This document shows, piece by piece, positions 61,513-64,000 of a stretch of DNA of 64,000 nt. The stretch's first letter is position 1. Each line of letters starts with the position of its first letter. The notes below the pieces were generated by a model, which saw only the letters and a list, made by a program, of their open reading frames with translations, did not search any database and was not told the DNA's origin. The position numbers were made by a program, and so were the translations under genes. The stretch lies in the NCBI GenBank assembly GCA_030655955.1, contig JAUSOZ010000015.1, forward strand, positions 1,669 to 65,668, in the 5' to 3' direction. The stretch is from Deltaproteobacteria bacterium. Lineage in GTDB: Bacteria; Desulfobacterota; Desulfobaccia; Desulfobaccales; 0-14-0-80-60-11.

Positions 61513-62874
61513 TTATGGGTTTATCTTGGGCAAATTCGCCAGGGCCTTTTTGATATTCTCGTCCGGGTCGAGTTCGATGTCCTTGAGTTGGCCTTCCAGG
61601 AAGGCGTCGTAGGCCGCCAGGTCGAAGTGGCCATGGCCCGATAAATTAAACACGATGCACTTGGCCTGGCCGGTGTCCTTGCACACCAGGGCCTCGTCCA
61701 CCGCCGCCCTGACGGCGTGGGCGGTCTCCGGGGCCGGGATGATCCCCTCGGTTACGGCGAAGAGGCGGGCGGCCTCAAACACCGGGTTCTGGGCATAGGC
61801 CCGGGCCTCGATGACCTTTTCGTGCACCAGCTGGCAGAGAAGCGGGGCGTCGCCGTGGTAGCGCAGGCCGCCGGCGTGGATGCCCGACGGCACGAAGGAG
61901 TGCCCCAGGGTGTACATCAGGATCAGAGGGGTGAGGCCGGCGGTGTCCCCGAAGTCATAGGTGTAGGCCCCTTTGGTCAGGGTGGGGCAGGCAGTGGGCT
62001 CCACCGCCACAAAACGGATATCTTGGCCCTTGAGTTTGTCCGGCACGAACGGGAAGCAGAATCCGGCGAAATTGCTGCCGCCGCCGACACAGCCGATGAG
62101 CACGTCCGGCGTCTCCCCGGCCAGGGCCAACTGCTTTTTGGTCTCCAGCCCGACGATGGTCTGGTGCAGCATGACGTGGTTGAGGACGCTTCCCAGGGCA
62201 TAGTTGGTGTCCTCGTGGGTGGCGGCGTCCTCCACCGCCTCGGAGATGGCCATGCCCAGGCTGCCGGAGGTCTCGGGGTCGGCGGCCAAAATATTCCGGC
62301 CCGCCTGGGTGCGATCTGTGGGAGACGGGTAGACGCTGGCCCCCCAGATGTGCATGAGCGACCGGCGGTAGGGCTTCTGGTGGTAGCTCACCTTGACCAT
62401 GTAGACGGTGCATTCCATGGCGAAAAAGTTACAGGCCAGGGACAGGGCGCAGCCCCACTGACCCGCCCCGGTCTCGGTGGCCAGCCGTTTGATGCCCGCC
62501 GCCTTGTTGTAGTAGGCCTGGGGTACCGCGGTGTTGGGCTTGTGGCTCCCGGCGGGGCTGACGGATTCGTTCTTATAATAAATGCGGGCCGGGGTTTTCA
62601 GGGCCTTCTCCAGGTTGTAGGCCCGGTGCAGGGGGCTGGGCCGCCACAACTGATAGATGCGCCGCACCTCGTCAGGGATGGGGATCCAACGCTCCGGGCT
62701 CACTTCCTGCTCGATTAAGGCCGGGGGAAAGATGGCCGCCAGGTCGGCCGGGGTGATGGGCAGGCCGGTTGCCGGGTGGAGATAAGGCGGCATCGGAGAG
62801 GGCAGGTCGGGAATGATGTTGTACCACTCCTGGGGCATCTCGGCTTCGCTCAGGTGTATCTTGTAGGAATCCAT
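61513..62874 (-). CDS. trpB2: TrpB2-type tryptophan synthase beta-like PLP enzyme
   Basis: The ATG at 62874 is preceded by AAGGAG. Motifs: [26 protein letters not shown] (PLP Lys), [24 protein letters not shown]. Confidence 0.88.
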   Translation of the reverse strand: MDSYKIHLSEAEMPQEWYNIIPDLPSPMPPYLHPATGLPITPADLAAIFPPALIEQEVSPERWIPIPDEVRRIYQLWRPSPLHRAYNLEKALKTPARIYYKNESVSPAGSHKPNTAVPQAYYNKAAGIKRLATETGAGQWGCALSLACNFFAMECTVYMVKVSYHQKPYRRSLMHIWGASVYPSPTDRTQAGRNILAADPETSGSLGMAISEAVEDAATHEDTNYALGSVLNHVMLHQTIVGLETKKQLALAGETPDVLIGCVGGGSNFAGFCFPFVPDKLKGQDIRFVAVEPTACPTLTKGAYTYDFGDTAGLTPLILMYTLGHSFVPSGIHAGGLRYHGDAPLLCQLVHEKVIEARAYAQNPVFEAARLFAVTEGIIPAPETAHAVRAAVDEALVCKDTGQAKCIVFNLSGHGHFDLAAYDAFLEGQLKDIELDPDENIKKALANLPKINP

Positions 62875-63113
62875 AGGGACCACGGCTCCTTTGCGGTAGT
62901 GATGCAGGGGAGCATAAAGCACCTTACCCGGAAAAAACGCCAGTCGAAAGGACCCGCCGGGTCGCCCCGATGATGAGGCAATGCAGGTTATGCTCCGATT
63001 GGTAACCTCAATGTATCGGCCTCAGGCCGTACCTGTCAAGGGCAAGGGAGGAGTATGCCGTTCTCCCCGCCGCACGGTCATGGGACCATGGTTCAGGTAT
63101 TTCGTCTCCAGGT

Positions 63114-63407
63114 TTATTTTATCTTTTGGTATTCGGCATAGGCTTCTTGCCAACGCTGCTTGAGAATACTGGGATCGCCTTCCGGATTGAGTCGCATAAA
63201 GTTGTTAATGGTAGTAATGGCATAGTTGCACTTGACTACAACCAATGAGGCTTTCTTCGCTTGTCCCTCTTGTTTCATCCGATTAAGATCAGCGATGACC
63301 GCCGCCGGATTGGTGAAATCGGGTGCCGGTCTTGACTCGGCACCAGCGTTAACTGACAGAATCGAAACTAAAACAATCGATACTACAGTCGATATCCACT
63401 TTTTCAT
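63114..63407 (-). CDS. Small secreted hypothetical protein (lower-GC)
   Basis: MKKWISTVVSIVLVSILSVNAGA signal peptide. 97 aa with no family recognised. Confidence 0.4.
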   Translation of the reverse strand: MKKWISTVVSIVLVSILSVNAGAESRPAPDFTNPAAVIADLNRMKQEGQAKKASLVVVKCNYAITTINNFMRLNPEGDPSILKQRWQEAYAEYQKIK

Positions 63408-63419
63408 TGGGCTTACCCC

Positions 63420-63555
63420 CAGTAGTTGTGCCAAGTATTAAGTTAGGATGGGAGTCAAAAAGCTTATGGACAAAGAAAATGGGAAGGAATATAAAGACGT
63501 TTTTGATGTATCGGTGCGGTCTTGCCAGAGTTATGAGAGCCTGGATTTTTGACAT
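63420..63555 (-). pseudogene. N-terminal remnant of a UbiA-family prenyl/phosphoribosyl-transferase
   Basis: MSKIQALITLARPHRYIKNVFIFLPIFFVHKLFD matches the conserved N-terminus (LxRPhQWxKNxxVFxPxxFA) of UbiA/DPPR-synthase-like proteins. Family similarity is lost after ~45 codons, where the frame runs into the 63114-63407 gene. Confidence 0.4.
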
Positions 63556-63657
63556 TACCAATGATCGCCCGCCATAGGTCGGCATTGACACCAAACCCTG
63601 GGTGGACGGCGCCCCCAGCGGGCATTATCCACCCAGGCAATCACGTCAGGGCCGGGA

Positions 63658-64000
63658 TCAGTTTTTGCGGACGTTTTCCCGGATAAAGCTGATAATGTCG
63701 CCGGTGTCGGTGCCGGGGCCGAAGATGGCGGCGATGCCGGCGGTCTTCAAGGGCGGGATGTCCTCATCGGGAATGATGCCGCCGCCCATCACCAGGACAT
63801 CGGTGATGCCTTTTTCCTTCACCAGTTCCATGACCCGGGGGAACAGGTAGTTGTGGGCTCCCGAGAGCACGCTCATGGCGATGACATCCGCATCTTCCTG
63901 GACCGCGGCCGCGACGATCTGCTCCGGGGTCTGCCTGAGGCCGGTGTATATGACTTCCATGCCGGCATCCCGCAAGGCGGCGCAGATGACTTTGATGCCC
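63658..64000 (-). CDS. Methylmalonyl-CoA-mutase-type cobalamin-binding domain protein (5' end outside window)
   Basis: The frame is open to the window edge (..[20 protein letters not shown]). The sequence [27 protein letters not shown] ... [10 protein letters not shown] ... [10 protein letters not shown] is the B12-binding Rossmann domain of MCM small subunits. Confidence 0.85.
   Translation of the reverse strand, partial: GIKVICAALRDAGMEVIYTGLRQTPEQIVAAAVQEDADVIAMSVLSGAHNYLFPRVMELVKEKGITDVLVMGGGIIPDEDIPPLKTAGIAAIFGPGTDTGDIISFIRENVRKN

Overview
GC-rich bacterial chromosomal window, densely coding on both strands. No rRNA, tRNA or CRISPR array is visible. The gene content suggests an anaerobic Desulfobacterota / Syntrophobacter-like organism, which is inference only: a selenocysteine formate dehydrogenase, tungstate and molybdate uptake, methylmalonyl-CoA:pyruvate transcarboxylase, a B12-mutase fragment, many USP genes and several two-component systems.

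Layout:
- 1-4 kb: operon of solute-binding protein, degenerate sensor kinase, MlaE-like permease and catalytically dead ABC ATPase-like protein.
- 4-6 kb: TauE/SafE exporter plus a USP-like membrane protein.
- 6.6-8.6 kb: Lon protease with an inserted receiver domain.
- 9.5-19.8 kb: Mo/W island (modE-like, Sec-fdhA, FmdE-MoCF fusion, modBAC, two tupA paralogs, tupBC) with a recurring 8-6-8 palindrome.
- 20.4-38.9 kb: the most interesting region. It holds three paralogous ~855-aa dikinase-like proteins (PPDK-N ATP-grasp plus phosphohistidine swivel domain plus a shared unrecognised C-terminal domain). They are interleaved with a Cache histidine kinase, a CheY-like regulator, an ArsB/NhaD-type permease, a CBS protein, a second TauE and five USP domains.
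- 39-46 kb: DUF1566 protein, thioesterase and transcarboxylase genes.
- 46-50 kb: four-gene phosphorelay.
- 51-57 kb: EmrAB-TolC-TetR efflux locus.
- 57-64 kb: DUF362/polyferredoxin pair, NUDIX, tpx, trpB2 and a partial B12-binding mutase subunit.

The intergenic spaces are unusual. They carry a mosaic of at least eight short palindromic repeat families and several tandem heptanucleotide (7-bp unit) arrays that sit exactly at start or stop codons. The many long ORFs antisense to real genes are GC-driven artefacts.
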